This document shows, in pieces, positions 38,632 through 47,740 of a stretch of DNA of 64,000 nucleotides; the first letter of the stretch is position 1; every line of letters begins with the position of its first letter. The position numbers were made by a program, and so were the translations under genes. Source of the stretch: an uncultured Solirubrobacterales bacterium (GTDB taxonomy: Bacteria > Actinomycetota > Thermoleophilia > Solirubrobacterales > 70-9); the NCBI GenBank assembly GCA_963798165.1, contig CAWCSE010000003.1:178014-242013 (forward strand), written 5' to 3'. A model generated the notes under the pieces. That model saw nothing but the letters and a program-made list of their open reading frames with translations, did not search any database and was not told the DNA's origin.

Positions 38632-39033
38632 ATGTCGCAGGAGAACGTGGAGATCGTGCGCGCCTACATCGACGCGTACAACGGGGGCGATCTCGAACCC
38701 GCGCTCGGCCTTCTCGCTGACGACTTCGAGTACGACGGCTCGCGCGCGCTTGGTCCGGACAGCAGTCGGGCCTATGACCGCGACGGGTTCCGTGACTTCC
38801 TTGTCGACTTCGCATCGAACTGGGAGTCCCCGGTGCGGATCGAACCGCACGAGTTCATCGACGCCGGAGCGCGCGTGGTCGTCCCCTGGACCTTCCATGC
38901 GACCGGACGCGACGGGCTCGACCTAGACGCGCGGGTGACGATGGTGTTCACGGTCCGCGACGAGGCCATCGCGGGGATCTGCATGCACCAGGATCGCAGC
39001 GGAGCCCTCGAAGCCGCCGGGCTATCGGAGTAG
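38632..39033 (+). CDS. NTF2/SnoaL-like cassette J (intact, 133 aa)
   Basis: ATG 38632. MSQENVEIVRAYIDAYNGGDLEPALGLLADDFEY...ATGRDGLDLDARVTMVFTVRDEAIAGICMHQDRSGALEAAGLSE. Preceded by a partial L2 leader. Confidence 0.75.
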   Translation: MSQENVEIVRAYIDAYNGGDLEPALGLLADDFEYDGSRALGPDSSRAYDRDGFRDFLVDFASNWESPVRIEPHEFIDAGARVVVPWTFHATGRDGLDLDARVTMVFTVRDEAIAGICMHQDRSGALEAAGLSE

Positions 39034-39036
39034 GCG

Positions 39037-39459
39037 ATGTCGCAGGAGAACGTCGACTTTGTGACCGGTCTCTTCTCGGGGGCACTCGAGATGGAGAAGG
39101 ACGATCTCCTCGCCGCGCTTCCGGAGATGACTCGGCAAGCATGTGACCCGGAGATCGAATGGATCGAGGACCCGCAGCGTGCAGACTCGCGTACCTACCG
39201 CGGGCACGAGGGCGTCCTCGAGTCGTGGACCCAGTGGCTCGAGGGATTCGAGGAATATGGGGTCGAGCTCGAGGCGATCCGCGATTGCGGCGACAAGGTC
39301 TTGGTCACGATGCGGGAGGAGGGGCGAGGAGGGGCGAGTGGCGCATCCGTGTCAGCGCGTGTCTACGCGGTCCTGACCTTCCGAGACGCCAAGGTCCTGC
39401 GTTACCAGGAGTTCTACGACGAGCGAATGGCTGGCGAGGCCGCCGGCCGCTTGGAGTAG
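39037..39459 (+). CDS. NTF2/SnoaL-like cassette K (intact, 140 aa)
   Basis: MSQENVDFVTGLFSG...YRGHEGVLESWTQWLEGFEEYGVELEAIRDCGDKVLV...GRGGASGASV...FRDAKVLRYQEFYDERMAGEAAGRLE. Confidence 0.7.
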   Translation: MSQENVDFVTGLFSGALEMEKDDLLAALPEMTRQACDPEIEWIEDPQRADSRTYRGHEGVLESWTQWLEGFEEYGVELEAIRDCGDKVLVTMREEGRGGASGASVSARVYAVLTFRDAKVLRYQEFYDERMAGEAAGRLE

Positions 39460-39462
39460 CCG

Positions 39463-39855
39463 ATGTCGAAGGAGAACATTGAGACTGTGCGACGCCTGCT
39501 CGAGGTCACCAGTGCTGAGGACGCCTCAGGTGCCGTGCCCTTGCTCGATCCGGACCTCAAGTGGATTCCGTTACGTGCCGCAACGGAAGGGGCATATCAC
39601 GGCATCGATGGCTATCTGAAGTTCGTGGCTGACACGGACGAGAGCTTCGAGATCTTCGAGCCTCACCTCGAGCTTCGCGACGCTGGCGACCGAGTGCTGG
39701 CCTGGGGCACGATTCACCTGCGGGGCGGCGGCAGCGGGGTGGAGATTGACGTTCCAGTTGGGGGCATCTTCGATCTTCGCGACGGAAGAATCATCCGCTG
39801 GCAGGACTTCGGTTCTAGGGAAGCAGCCCTCAAAGCCGCCGGGCTGTCGGAGTAG
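39463..39855 (+). CDS. NTF2/SnoaL-like cassette L (intact, 130 aa)
   Basis: MSKENIETVRRLLEV...YHGIDGYLKFV...LRGGGSGVEIDVPVGGIFDLRDGRIIRWQDFGSREAALKAAGLSE. Confidence 0.75.
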   Translation: MSKENIETVRRLLEVTSAEDASGAVPLLDPDLKWIPLRAATEGAYHGIDGYLKFVADTDESFEIFEPHLELRDAGDRVLAWGTIHLRGGGSGVEIDVPVGGIFDLRDGRIIRWQDFGSREAALKAAGLSE

Positions 39856-39975
39856 ATGAGCAGTCACAGGGCGACCTCGATCACCGGCAGAGCGAGACCT
39901 CCGGCTTATCCGCAGATAGGAGGGCGGGCCGTGGTAGTGAAGGCCCAGAGGGCTAAGCGAGATACTGCGTGAGCG

Positions 39976-40389
39976 ATGTCCGACCAGGAAGATCTCGCCA
40001 TCCTCCGGGAGGCATACCTCGCCTGGAATGACCTTGGGGTCGGTGGGGACGGCGTCGCGCGGTTCTTTCACCCGGACGTCGAGTGGATCAACCCGCCGGA
40101 AATGCCCGGCGGGGGAACCCGGATCGGCAAAGACGCCGTCTTGGCTTTCCTGAGGGAGTGGGAAGGGACGATGGGGATCATGAACGTGACCTTCAACGTC
40201 GAGCAGATCATTCCGGCCAACGGCGAGTACCTCGTGGTCTCGGTCGTCACCGCAACGAGCGGGCATGGGGTGGCCATTCCTCCTCAGAACGTGTTTCACT
40301 TGTTGCGAATCGAAGACCGCCGGGTGGGCAGAGTGCGGTTCTTTTTCGATCGAGCGGCGGCCCTCGAAGCCGCCGGGTTGTCGGATTAG
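39976..40389 (+). CDS. NTF2/SnoaL-like cassette M (intact, 137 aa)
   Basis: MSDQEDLAILREAYLAWNDLG...RIGKDAVLAFLREWEG...TSGHGVAIPPQNVFHLLRIEDRRVGRVRFFFDRAAALEAAGLSD. Has its own hybrid L2/L1 leader. Confidence 0.7.
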   Translation: MSDQEDLAILREAYLAWNDLGVGGDGVARFFHPDVEWINPPEMPGGGTRIGKDAVLAFLREWEGTMGIMNVTFNVEQIIPANGEYLVVSVVTATSGHGVAIPPQNVFHLLRIEDRRVGRVRFFFDRAAALEAAGLSD

Positions 40390-40464
40390 GCCAATAGACA
40401 GCGTTCTGGCCGCCGCGTAGCCCCACCCAGCCGGTTCAGGCCAAAGCGAGATACTGCACAGACG

Positions 40465-40851
40465 ATGTCGAAGGAGAACGTGGAAATCGCTCGCCGCGCC
40501 TACGCGGCCTTCAACCGGCGCGACTTCGACGCTGCCCTGGAGTCTTTTGATCCCGGTGTCGAGTGGCACCAGATAACGCAGTTCCCCGATCGAAGCGTCT
40601 ATCGCGGACTTGACGACATGAGAGACCGCTTCTGGAACCGACAGCTGGTCGAGCAGTTCGGGGATTTCAGGATCGACGTTGAGGAGTTCGTTGACGCTGG
40701 TGATCACGTCGTGATGATCGGGCACATCGTCGCCCACGGAAGCGGCAGTGGGGTGCCGATCCGTCAGCGGGTCGTCAACATCCTGGAGTTGCGCGACGGG
40801 AAGACCATTCGCGCATACGACGTTGCTGGGCCGAGCGAGAGCGAGAGTTAG
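40465..40851 (+). CDS. NTF2/SnoaL-like cassette Q (intact, 128 aa; divergent C-terminus)
   Basis: MSKENVEIARRAYAAFNRRDFDAALESFDPGVEWHQ...YRGLDDMRDRF...AHGSGSGVPIRQRVVNILELRDGKTIRAYDVAGPSESES. L1 leader at 40390-40464. Confidence 0.75.
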   Translation: MSKENVEIARRAYAAFNRRDFDAALESFDPGVEWHQITQFPDRSVYRGLDDMRDRFWNRQLVEQFGDFRIDVEEFVDAGDHVVMIGHIVAHGSGSGVPIRQRVVNILELRDGKTIRAYDVAGPSESES

Positions 40852-40954
40852 GCCGAAGTAACCGACGTCCATCCTGGGATCTCGATCCGCTCGTCGGCGT
40901 CAGCCACCACGCCGTTGTCAGCGAGGCGTCGGCGATCATCCTGACTACTTCCCT

Positions 40955-41250
<296 letters not shown>

Positions 41251-41290
41251 TGGCGCGAGTCAGGAGCCGATGCAGCTGGCCGGCCGGGTC

Positions 41291-41569
41291 CTAGGCCCTG
41301 CGTCGTGCCCGAAGCTCTCGCTGGCGTTGCCGCTCCGCTTTGAGCCGAGTCGTCTTCTGGCCTTCCCATACGTGGAGGGCAACGACGGCTAGCACGATGA
41401 TGACCGCGAAAACGCCAAGCGGGCGCGGGAGCAACGTCATCGCGCCTATTGCGAGCGGTAGTCCGACGAACAGGCTGATAAGCAGATCGCGGCCGGGACC
41501 GCCGTACTGCTTGAAAACTGCTCGCCGGATCGGAGTGCTGCGCTCGGCCATCGGGAATGCAATCGACAA
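41291..41569 (-). CDS. small membrane protein (2 TM, basic C-terminal tail), hypothetical
   Basis: 92 aa. LLISLFVGLPLAIGAMTLL and GVFAVIIVLAVVALHVW, followed by KAERQRQRELRARRRA. It is the only ORF of module 4. Confidence 0.4.
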   Translation of the reverse strand: MSIAFPMAERSTPIRRAVFKQYGGPGRDLLISLFVGLPLAIGAMTLLPRPLGVFAVIIVLAVVALHVWEGQKTTRLKAERQRQRELRARRRA

Positions 41570-41608
41570 AACGTCCCGCTGGCCTTAGAGCCGCATTCAA
41601 GAACTTCG

Positions 41609-41634
41609 CCAGGGCGCAGAGAAAGCGCCCCTGG
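41609..41634. terminator. GC-rich hairpin CCAGGGCGC-AGAGAAA-GCGCCCCTGG (terminator-like, no clear U-tract)
   Basis: 9-bp stem with one bulge, read directly. It lies about 140 nt downstream (minus sense) of tRNA-half copy 5 and its promoter. Confidence 0.25.
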
Positions 41635-41639
41635 TTAGG

Positions 41640-41900
41640 AGATCCGGTGCAGAATCCCGGAACGGGTATCTGAAATCGGGCTAACCTCGCCGCCTGGCGG
41701 GGTGGCCAGATGGAGTCTCGGTCTACACCGCTGCCGTCAGGGGAGTCGCTCTATCCAGCTGAGCTATCGGGGCCTGGGAGCAGAATACCGCTCTGGTAAG
41801 CCGATTCCGAGAGGTCGCCGATCGGTGGGATGAGCCATCTCATCGAGCAAATCTCGGCTCCAGTGACTCTTAGTGACCAAGGGAGGGCGGAAAGAGGCCC
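41640..41900. repeat. junction 5: diverged left arm + shortened tRNA-Arg 5' part (41741-41773) + right arm
   Basis: GGGAGTCGCTCTATCCAGCTGAGCTATCGGGGC equals tRNA nt 1-33. The anticodon-loop part is replaced by GCCGTCA. The left arm keeps GAGATCCGGTGC, GCCAGATGG and ACACCGCT islands. The right arm has TCCAGTGACTCTTAGTGACCAAGGGAGG. Confidence 0.7.
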
Positions 41901-41954
41901 CTCCGCCCCAGACCGCCCACGGCCAGGGATACTGACGTCGATGGAGGAATCGGG

Positions 41955-42170
41955 TTGATCGTCGCGGACATCGGTGCGGAGAGCGTCATCGTCATCGCCT
42001 TGATCGTCGCCGTCGTGATGGCCGTTCTCGTCGCCTACTTCGCCATCTCAATCTCCCGGAACGGTCCCAGCAGGAATGGCTACTCGCAGCTTTGGGGCAG
42101 CCTGTTTTTGGCTGCCGTCAGTCTCGGCGTCGCTGCCGTCGTCGGGGGCTTGTTGGCGAACGTGAACTGA
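41955..42170 (+). CDS. small membrane protein (2 TM), hypothetical
   Basis: 71 aa. TTG start with GGAGGA 7 nt upstream. VIVIALIVAVVMAVLVAYFAI and LFLAAVSLGVAAVVGGLL. Confidence 0.4.
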   Translation: MIVADIGAESVIVIALIVAVVMAVLVAYFAISISRNGPSRNGYSQLWGSLFLAAVSLGVAAVVGGLLANVN

Positions 42171-42304
42171 CGGGTCGTCTCCGCTGAATCCGGCGACTGC
42201 TGAGGTCAGTTTGCAAGCAGGCCCACGAGCCGCTCACGAGGCCTCCTGAGCGGTCTCAGGGGCGGGGCTCAGTTCCCTGAAGTGGGACAGCTGGAGCCAG
42301 TGGC

Positions 42305-43690
42305 TCAGGGCGCGAACTGAAAGCGATAGACGTTCGTGGCTGGGGGGAAGTTGCCGTGGTAGGCGGGTTGCCCGGGCGGGTCGATGTTGTCGGCAGGGGT
42401 GTAGAAGGCGGCGAACTTCCCGTCGCCGGCGATCGCCGGCTCACCGGCATACTCGTTCGCTCCCGGCCCCCCGCCACCGGCCCGGGAGATGAGGGTTGCC
42501 CGCTTCTTCTTGCGGTCGTAGACGTAGGAGTTGAGCGGGGACATGACCGGCCCGCCCAGGTTGGTGGCGCTGGTCTGGAAGGTGACGTAGCGGCCGGTGT
42601 TCGAAAGGGATGCGCTCGAGGCGGACCCGTTCACCCCCATTCCCCCGGCCACCTTCGACTGCCGCGAGATGAGCACCGTCCTGCCTTTACGCCGATCGTG
42701 CAGGTAGAGGTTGATCTGATCGGGAGCCGGCAGCACGGGCCCACCGAGGTTCGTGGCCGTGGTCTGGAAGACGACGTAGCGGCCGTTTGCAGAGATGTCC
42801 GGCACGTCGGCGTTGTCGTTGACGCCCGAGCCTCCTCCGGAGCGGCGTGAGGCGAGGCTGATCCGGCGCTTGCTCCAGTCGTAGGCGTAGACGTTGGCGC
42901 TGGCACCCGGCTTGATCGGTCCACCCAGGTTTCGGGCCTGACTCTCGAAGGCAACCACCGGCGCCCGCGGCGCGATCGAAGGCTCGAAGGAGTCGTCCTT
43001 GCCGCCCCGGCCCCCGTGCGAGCGTCGCGAGACCAGGAAGGTTCGATTCTTCTTCAGGTCTCGAACGTAGACGTTGGTGAAGCCGCCCTTGGTGATCGGT
43101 CCGCCGAGATTGGTCGATCGCGTCTGAAAGGAGACGTAGCGGCCGTTCGCCGAGATCGAAGGTCCGTCCGAGTTCTGATCCGCGCCTCCCCCACCGGCGT
43201 TTGCAGAGCGCCGCGAGACGAGCTCGACGGTGTCCTTGCGGCGGTCATAGACGTAGACGTTCTGCTCCGCGACGATCGGCCCGCCCAGGTTTTGCGCGTC
43301 GGTGCGAAAGACCACGAACCTTCCATTGCCCGAGATCTGCTCCTCCCGCGAATCACCATCAGCACCGACGCCGAGGTTCGACTCGCGCGACACCGTCTCG
43401 ACCGTGCGGTTCTTGAAGTCATATACGTAAACGGTGGTCTCGAAGGAACCGCTGGCGTGGACACCGAGGTTGGTCGCCTCGCTGCGGAAGGCGACGAAGC
43501 GGCCGTCGTCTGAAACCGATGAGCCATAGGACCAGGAATTGGCACCGGCGCCCCCGTCGGCGTCGGATTGACGGCTGACCAGCTCCAGGTCCCCCTTCGC
43601 GCCGAAAGCCGAAGCTGCCAGCAAGCAGAAGGCAAGGCCAGCGAGGCCGATGCCGGCGGCGCTGAGACGCGTGTGATCGCGTTCCCTCAT
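42305..43690 (-). CDS. secreted TolB-like/PD40 beta-propeller repeat protein
   Basis: Start at ATG 43690 (MRERDH..., AGGAGAGAG upstream). Signal peptide, then about 8 repeats of S.DGRFVAF.S.ATNLGG type (ISGNGRFVVFRTDAQNLGG, ISANGRYVSFQTRSTNLGG...). Confidence 0.7.
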   Translation of the reverse strand: MRERDHTRLSAAGIGLAGLAFCLLAASAFGAKGDLELVSRQSDADGGAGANSWSYGSSVSDDGRFVAFRSEATNLGVHASGSFETTVYVYDFKNRTVETVSRESNLGVGADGDSREEQISGNGRFVVFRTDAQNLGGPIVAEQNVYVYDRRKDTVELVSRRSANAGGGGADQNSDGPSISANGRYVSFQTRSTNLGGPITKGGFTNVYVRDLKKNRTFLVSRRSHGGRGGKDDSFEPSIAPRAPVVAFESQARNLGGPIKPGASANVYAYDWSKRRISLASRRSGGGSGVNDNADVPDISANGRYVVFQTTATNLGGPVLPAPDQINLYLHDRRKGRTVLISRQSKVAGGMGVNGSASSASLSNTGRYVTFQTSATNLGGPVMSPLNSYVYDRKKKRATLISRAGGGGPGANEYAGEPAIAGDGKFAAFYTPADNIDPPGQPAYHGNFPPATNVYRFQFAP

Positions 43691-43749
43691 CTCTCTCCTG
43701 CCAAACCGTACCACCGGTCCCCAGGGCAAGCCCGCATCTTTCCGGTGAG

Positions 43750-43945
43750 AACTCGATTCCTACTTGTCGGCGACATCAACTACGACGACGCCGACTTCCA
43801 GGCGGTGATCCAGGACTTCAAGCTCCGGTTCTTCGTCGACAACGGCAACGGCGAGGAGTCAGCCGGCGCCGTGTCGAGGATCCGCGCCTACAAGGGCGCT
43901 CTGAGTTCCAAGCAGGTCAAGAAGATCTACAAGAAGGGTCACTGA
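43750..43945 (+). pseudogene. C-terminal remnant of a LamG/concanavalin-like domain protein
   Basis: LLVGDINYDDADFQAVIQDFKLRFFVDNGNG...VSRIRAYKGALSSKQVKKIYKKGH resembles the end of LamG_3 domains (..riy.raLs..ei..ly). There is no plausible start or N-terminal part. Confidence 0.3.
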
Positions 43946-44007
43946 GGAGCGTTGGCACCGGCGCTGCGGCGCTTCGCGACAACCGCGCTCGTCGCTAGGT
44001 TCTGGAT

Positions 44008-44409
44008 ATGGAATCGGAGAGTCACGGACACACGCCGAAGCGCCGCAAGGACGCCGCGCCCGTCGCCCATCCGCGCGACGACGAGTTCGCCGGCAACGCC
44101 CATGCCCACCCGCTGACGCACGAGGAGGTCCTCGCCTGGGTGGGATTCAAGGTCACCGACGAGAACGGGCATGCGATCGGCAAGGTCGATGACGTCTACG
44201 CCGTCGCCGGCAATCCCGAGTGGGTACTCGTCAGACACCACCGATCGCACCACTTCCTCGCGCCGCTCGGGGATGCGATCGCAGGCAACGATCAGGTCTT
44301 CCTCCCGTTCGCCAAGGAGACGATCGAGTCGGCGCCCGAGGTCGACCCCGGCGCTGCCGCGAGCGAGGAAGTCATCGCCGCGGCCCGCGCCCACTACGGG
44401 CTTGGCTGA
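44008..44409 (+). CDS. PRC-barrel domain protein
   Basis: 133 aa. VLAWVGFKVTDENGHAIGKVDDVYAV...WVLVRH...FLAPLGDAIAGNDQVFLPFAKETIESAP fits the PRC-barrel pattern. Confidence 0.5.
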   Translation: MESESHGHTPKRRKDAAPVAHPRDDEFAGNAHAHPLTHEEVLAWVGFKVTDENGHAIGKVDDVYAVAGNPEWVLVRHHRSHHFLAPLGDAIAGNDQVFLPFAKETIESAPEVDPGAAASEEVIAAARAHYGLG

Positions 44410-45091
44410 CTCCCCCCTTCCCCACGAGGAGCTCGTGCCGGGCCTGTGGCGCTGGGCACGGCGCCACCCGGACTGGCATCCCGGCGACTTCGGCGCCGCG
44501 GTGGCCAGCTTCATGGCGAGCGCCGGTGGCGAGACCGCGCTGGTCGATCCCATCCTCGAGGACGCAGACGATCCGGCCTGGGAGCTGATCACCGCCGACG
44601 CCGGCGACGCGATCAGGGTCTTCGTGACGATCCCCTACCACGTGCGCAGTGCCGAGGCGATCCGCGACCGCCTCGGCGGCGACGTCCCGGTGACGATCCA
44701 TGGACATCCCTCCGTCGCCAAGCGGCTGGCGTCGGCGCGCGGTTTCAAGCCGTTCAACGCCGGAGACGAGTTGCCGGCCGGCGTCAGCGCTCACCCGATC
44801 GGCAGGCCACGGCGCTACGAGACGCCGCTGCTCCTCTCCTCCCACGACGCCCTCGTCTTCGGCGACGCCGTCGTCGGGACCGATGAGGGGCCCAAGATCT
44901 GGGCGCAGGAGAGGATCGACGAGAGGGTGCTGCGATTCAATCGGGAGCGGTTCGGGCCATCCCTCGAACCACTGCTGGAGCTGGAGTTCGACCGCCTCCT
45001 GATGACCCACGGACCATCCCTGCTCTCGGGTGGAAAGGCCGGCCTGCGCGAGGCCCTCGACTCCCGTCCCTGGTACCACCGGCCCATCTGA
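44402..45091 (+). CDS. MBL-fold-like hydrolase family protein (motifs degenerate), start uncertain
   Basis: C-terminal about 230 aa of the 306-aa ORF. Candidate starts are TTG 44402 or GTG 44435. VFVTIPYHVRSAEAI...TIHGH...LMTHGPSLL. Weak call. Confidence 0.3.
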   Translation: MADSPLPHEELVPGLWRWARRHPDWHPGDFGAAVASFMASAGGETALVDPILEDADDPAWELITADAGDAIRVFVTIPYHVRSAEAIRDRLGGDVPVTIHGHPSVAKRLASARGFKPFNAGDELPAGVSAHPIGRPRRYETPLLLSSHDALVFGDAVVGTDEGPKIWAQERIDERVLRFNRERFGPSLEPLLELEFDRLLMTHGPSLLSGGKAGLREALDSRPWYHRPI

Positions 45092-45109
45092 GCGGGCCGA
45101 TCCGCAGGA

Positions 45110-45784
45110 TCAGTCGGCGGCCTCTTCGTCCTCGGGTGACTCGCCCTCTTCGGCGTAGAGGCTCTCCGAAGCGATCTCCTGGAGCTTCCGGTTCCAGAGC
45201 TTGATCTCGAGGAACATGTCGTCGCCGAAGCCGTGCACGGCGTCGACCGCCATCAGCGTGAAGCGTCCCTCGTTGACGGCGGCCTGATCGAGGACCTCGC
45301 CGTCGAGCTCGGCTGTGACCGCCAGCGCCCCGCGGACCAGCGGCGTTCCCCAGATCAGCGTGACCTCGCCACCGCGACCGCCGTCGGCTCGCCAATCGCC
45401 GACCACGTCGTCGTTGAGATCGACCTCCCAGTCGGGATTCTCACCAGCGGTCACGTCGGTGAAGTCGGCGACGGCGCTCATGTCGGTCGGCTCCTCGGAG
45501 TCGTCGCGCTTGAACGAAACGTGGCCGAAGAACTCCGGGACGACGCCGTCGACCTCGTCGTGGCCGTGCCCGACGGCAGGGACGTACGTGCGCCCGCCCC
45601 AGGTCCGCTCCGGGAAGAAGCGCACGGTCTCGGCATCGAGCGTCGTGCCTGCATCGCCGGCGAGATCGCCGCAGGCCGCGGCGAAGGCCTCGCCGAGGCG
45701 CCCCTCCCAGCGACCATAGGGGCGCGAATCCTGGGCGCTGTCGGAGATGAATCGGGGAAAGGGGCGTGCGAGGGGTGGGCTCAT
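45110..45784 (-). CDS. hypothetical acidic protein
   Basis: 224 aa from ATG 45784 (MSPPLARPFPRF). I recognise no motif. Codon usage is typical of the flanks. Confidence 0.45.
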   Translation of the reverse strand: MSPPLARPFPRFISDSAQDSRPYGRWEGRLGEAFAAACGDLAGDAGTTLDAETVRFFPERTWGGRTYVPAVGHGHDEVDGVVPEFFGHVSFKRDDSEEPTDMSAVADFTDVTAGENPDWEVDLNDDVVGDWRADGGRGGEVTLIWGTPLVRGALAVTAELDGEVLDQAAVNEGRFTLMAVDAVHGFGDDMFLEIKLWNRKLQEIASESLYAEEGESPEDEEAAD

Positions 45785-45794
45785 GCGGCGGAGG

Positions 45795-46829
45795 CTATAT
45801 GGACCGGGCCGGCGGCTCGGCGGCAAGGGCCTCACGTAGGTCGGCGGCGGCCCGCTCGGGTGGATAGGAATCGATGTCGACCCCGGTGCCGAGCTCGAAG
45901 CCGGCCCGCACCGAGAGCCGCGGGGCGATGTCGAGATGCCAGTGGAACTCCTCGGTGCCACGCGGCGCCGTCCGCACCCAGAGATTGAGCTGCAGGCCAT
46001 CGCCGAAGATCACCCGCAGGCCGGCGAGCGCCCGGCCGAGCATCGCCGCCCCACGATCGTCGCGCTCGAAGTTGGTCTGCACCGAACGCGGTACGAGGCG
46101 CAACTCGAACGGCGACCGCGACGCCCACGGGCAGAACAGCGCGGCCTCGTCGTCGATGGCGACGAGACGATCGCGCCGGCGCACCTCCTCGACGAGGACG
46201 TCCTCCAGCAGGTGGCCGCCCATCGTCCGCTCGTGGTAGGCGTTGAAGCGCTCACGCTCGCGGGCGATCTCGGTCGGGACGAACGGCAACGCGAACAGCT
46301 GGGCGTGCGTGTGAGGAAGGGTCGAGCCGGCCCTCGGACCCTCGTTGACGCAGAGGTGGACGTAGGCGGCCTCGTCCTGATGAGCGGCGAGGCGGATGCG
46401 CCAGGCGGAGAGAGCGCCGGCGAGCTCGTCGTCGCCGAGGTCGGCGAGGGCGCTCACGTGCCGGGGTGAGTTGACGATCACCTCGTGACCGCCATGGGCC
46501 TCGGCGGTCCGGAAGAGCTCCGGCTCGGCCGCCCGGGCGGAACCCCTGAGCGGGTCGGCGGGGCTGCTCAACCCCGAGTCGCGAGCCGGGCCGGCGCCGC
46601 GCTCGTCGGGCCCGGTCAGGACCGGGTAGAGGTTCGGGACCGAACGCTGCAGCCAGCCGGGCGTGTCGGGGCCTCCGGCAGGGCGGTTCGCCCAGACCTC
46701 GGGCGGCGTCCGCTCCTCCCGCCCCTCGCAGAACGGGCACGAATCGGCGGCGCCGGGCTTCGGCTCGGGCGCCGGCTTCTCGTAGGCGTGGGGGCGCTCG
46801 CCGCGCCCCGGCGCGAGCAGCGTCCGCAT
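45795..46829 (-). CDS. galT: galactose-1-phosphate uridylyltransferase (HIT family), 5' end uncertain
   Basis: CPFCEGRE zinc motif and HTHAQL (HxHxQ) active site. Conserved IRIDQLTG lies upstream of the first ATG (46829) with no ATG/GTG/TTG before it, so the real start may be a non-canonical codon near 46850-46904. Confidence 0.75.
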   Translation of the reverse strand: MRTLLAPGRGERPHAYEKPAPEPKPGAADSCPFCEGREERTPPEVWANRPAGGPDTPGWLQRSVPNLYPVLTGPDERGAGPARDSGLSSPADPLRGSARAAEPELFRTAEAHGGHEVIVNSPRHVSALADLGDDELAGALSAWRIRLAAHQDEAAYVHLCVNEGPRAGSTLPHTHAQLFALPFVPTEIARERERFNAYHERTMGGHLLEDVLVEEVRRRDRLVAIDDEAALFCPWASRSPFELRLVPRSVQTNFERDDRGAAMLGRALAGLRVIFGDGLQLNLWVRTAPRGTEEFHWHLDIAPRLSVRAGFELGTGVDIDSYPPERAAADLREALAAEPPARSI

Positions 46830-46900
46830 GCCCGTCAGCTGGTCGATCCGGATCTCGGGTGGGGCCGCGTCGCCGGCCCCGGGGCTCTCGGGGGAGGCGC

Positions 46901-47740
46901 TCAGGACCCGGTCGGGGGCTCGGGCGCCTCGGGATCGGCTGCCGGCTCGGGCGGAACGACCGGAGGCGGGATGACGGTCTTGCCCTGGGCGCCGGCGATG
47001 TTCTTGAAGGCGTCCATCAGGTCGATCGGCAGCGGGAAGACGATCGTCGTGTTGTTGACGCCGATCTGCAGCAGCGTCTGCAGGTAGCGGAGCTGCAGGG
47101 TGGCGGGGTTCTGGCTGATGATGTCGGCCGCATCGGCGAGCTTCTGCGCCGCCTGGAACTCGCCCTCGGAGCCGATGATCTTGGCCCGCCGTTCGCGTTC
47201 CGCCTGCGCCTGCAGCGCGATCGCCCGCTGCATGTCCTGAGGGAGCTCGACGTCCTTGACCTCGACCGTCGAGACCTTGATCCCCCACGGCTCGGTCTGA
47301 TCGTCGATGATCGTCTGCAGCTCCGCGTTGAGCGTCTCCCGCTCAGAGAGCAGCGCGTCGAGCTCGGCCTTGCCGAGGACGGAGCGAAGGGTCGTCTGGG
47401 CGATCTGAGAGGTGGCGACGAGGTAGTTCTCGATCTCGGTGATCGCCTTGTCCGGATCCATGACGCGGAAGTAGGCGACGGCGTTGACCCTGACGGTGAC
47501 GTTGTCGCGGGTGATCACCTCCTGCGGCGGCACGTTGAGCGTCACGGTCCGCAGGTCCACACGGACCATCTGGTCGATGAAGGGGATCAGGAAGCGGAGT
47601 CCCGGGCCCTTGAGGGCGATCAACCGGCCGAGCCGGAAGACGACACCGCGCTCGTACTCACGCAGGATCCGGATGGCGGAGGCCGCGATCAGCAGACCGA
47701 TGACCACCACCGCTCCAACTACAACCAATGCGACCATCAA
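46901..47740 (-). CDS. SPFH/band-7 (stomatin/slipin-like) protein
   Basis: 279 aa. N-terminal TM, then [18 protein letters not shown]...[14 protein letters not shown]... and a coiled-coil [12 protein letters not shown]. Confidence 0.85.
   Translation of the reverse strand: MMVALVVVGAVVVIGLLIAASAIRILREYERGVVFRLGRLIALKGPGLRFLIPFIDQMVRVDLRTVTLNVPPQEVITRDNVTVRVNAVAYFRVMDPDKAITEIENYLVATSQIAQTTLRSVLGKAELDALLSERETLNAELQTIIDDQTEPWGIKVSTVEVKDVELPQDMQRAIALQAQAERERRAKIIGSEGEFQAAQKLADAADIISQNPATLQLRYLQTLLQIGVNNTTIVFPLPIDLMDAFKNIAGAQGKTVIPPPVVPPEPAADPEAPEPPTGS

Noticed and set aside
41700-41775. Copy 5 as a second, different tRNA gene.
   Set aside because: Only the acceptor 5' strand, the D-arm and the anticodon-stem 5' strand are present. 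The following sequence (CCTGACGGCAGCGGTGTAGACCGAGACTCC..) provides no pairing partner for the anticodon stem, no GTTCGAATC-type T-loop and no acceptor 3' strand.
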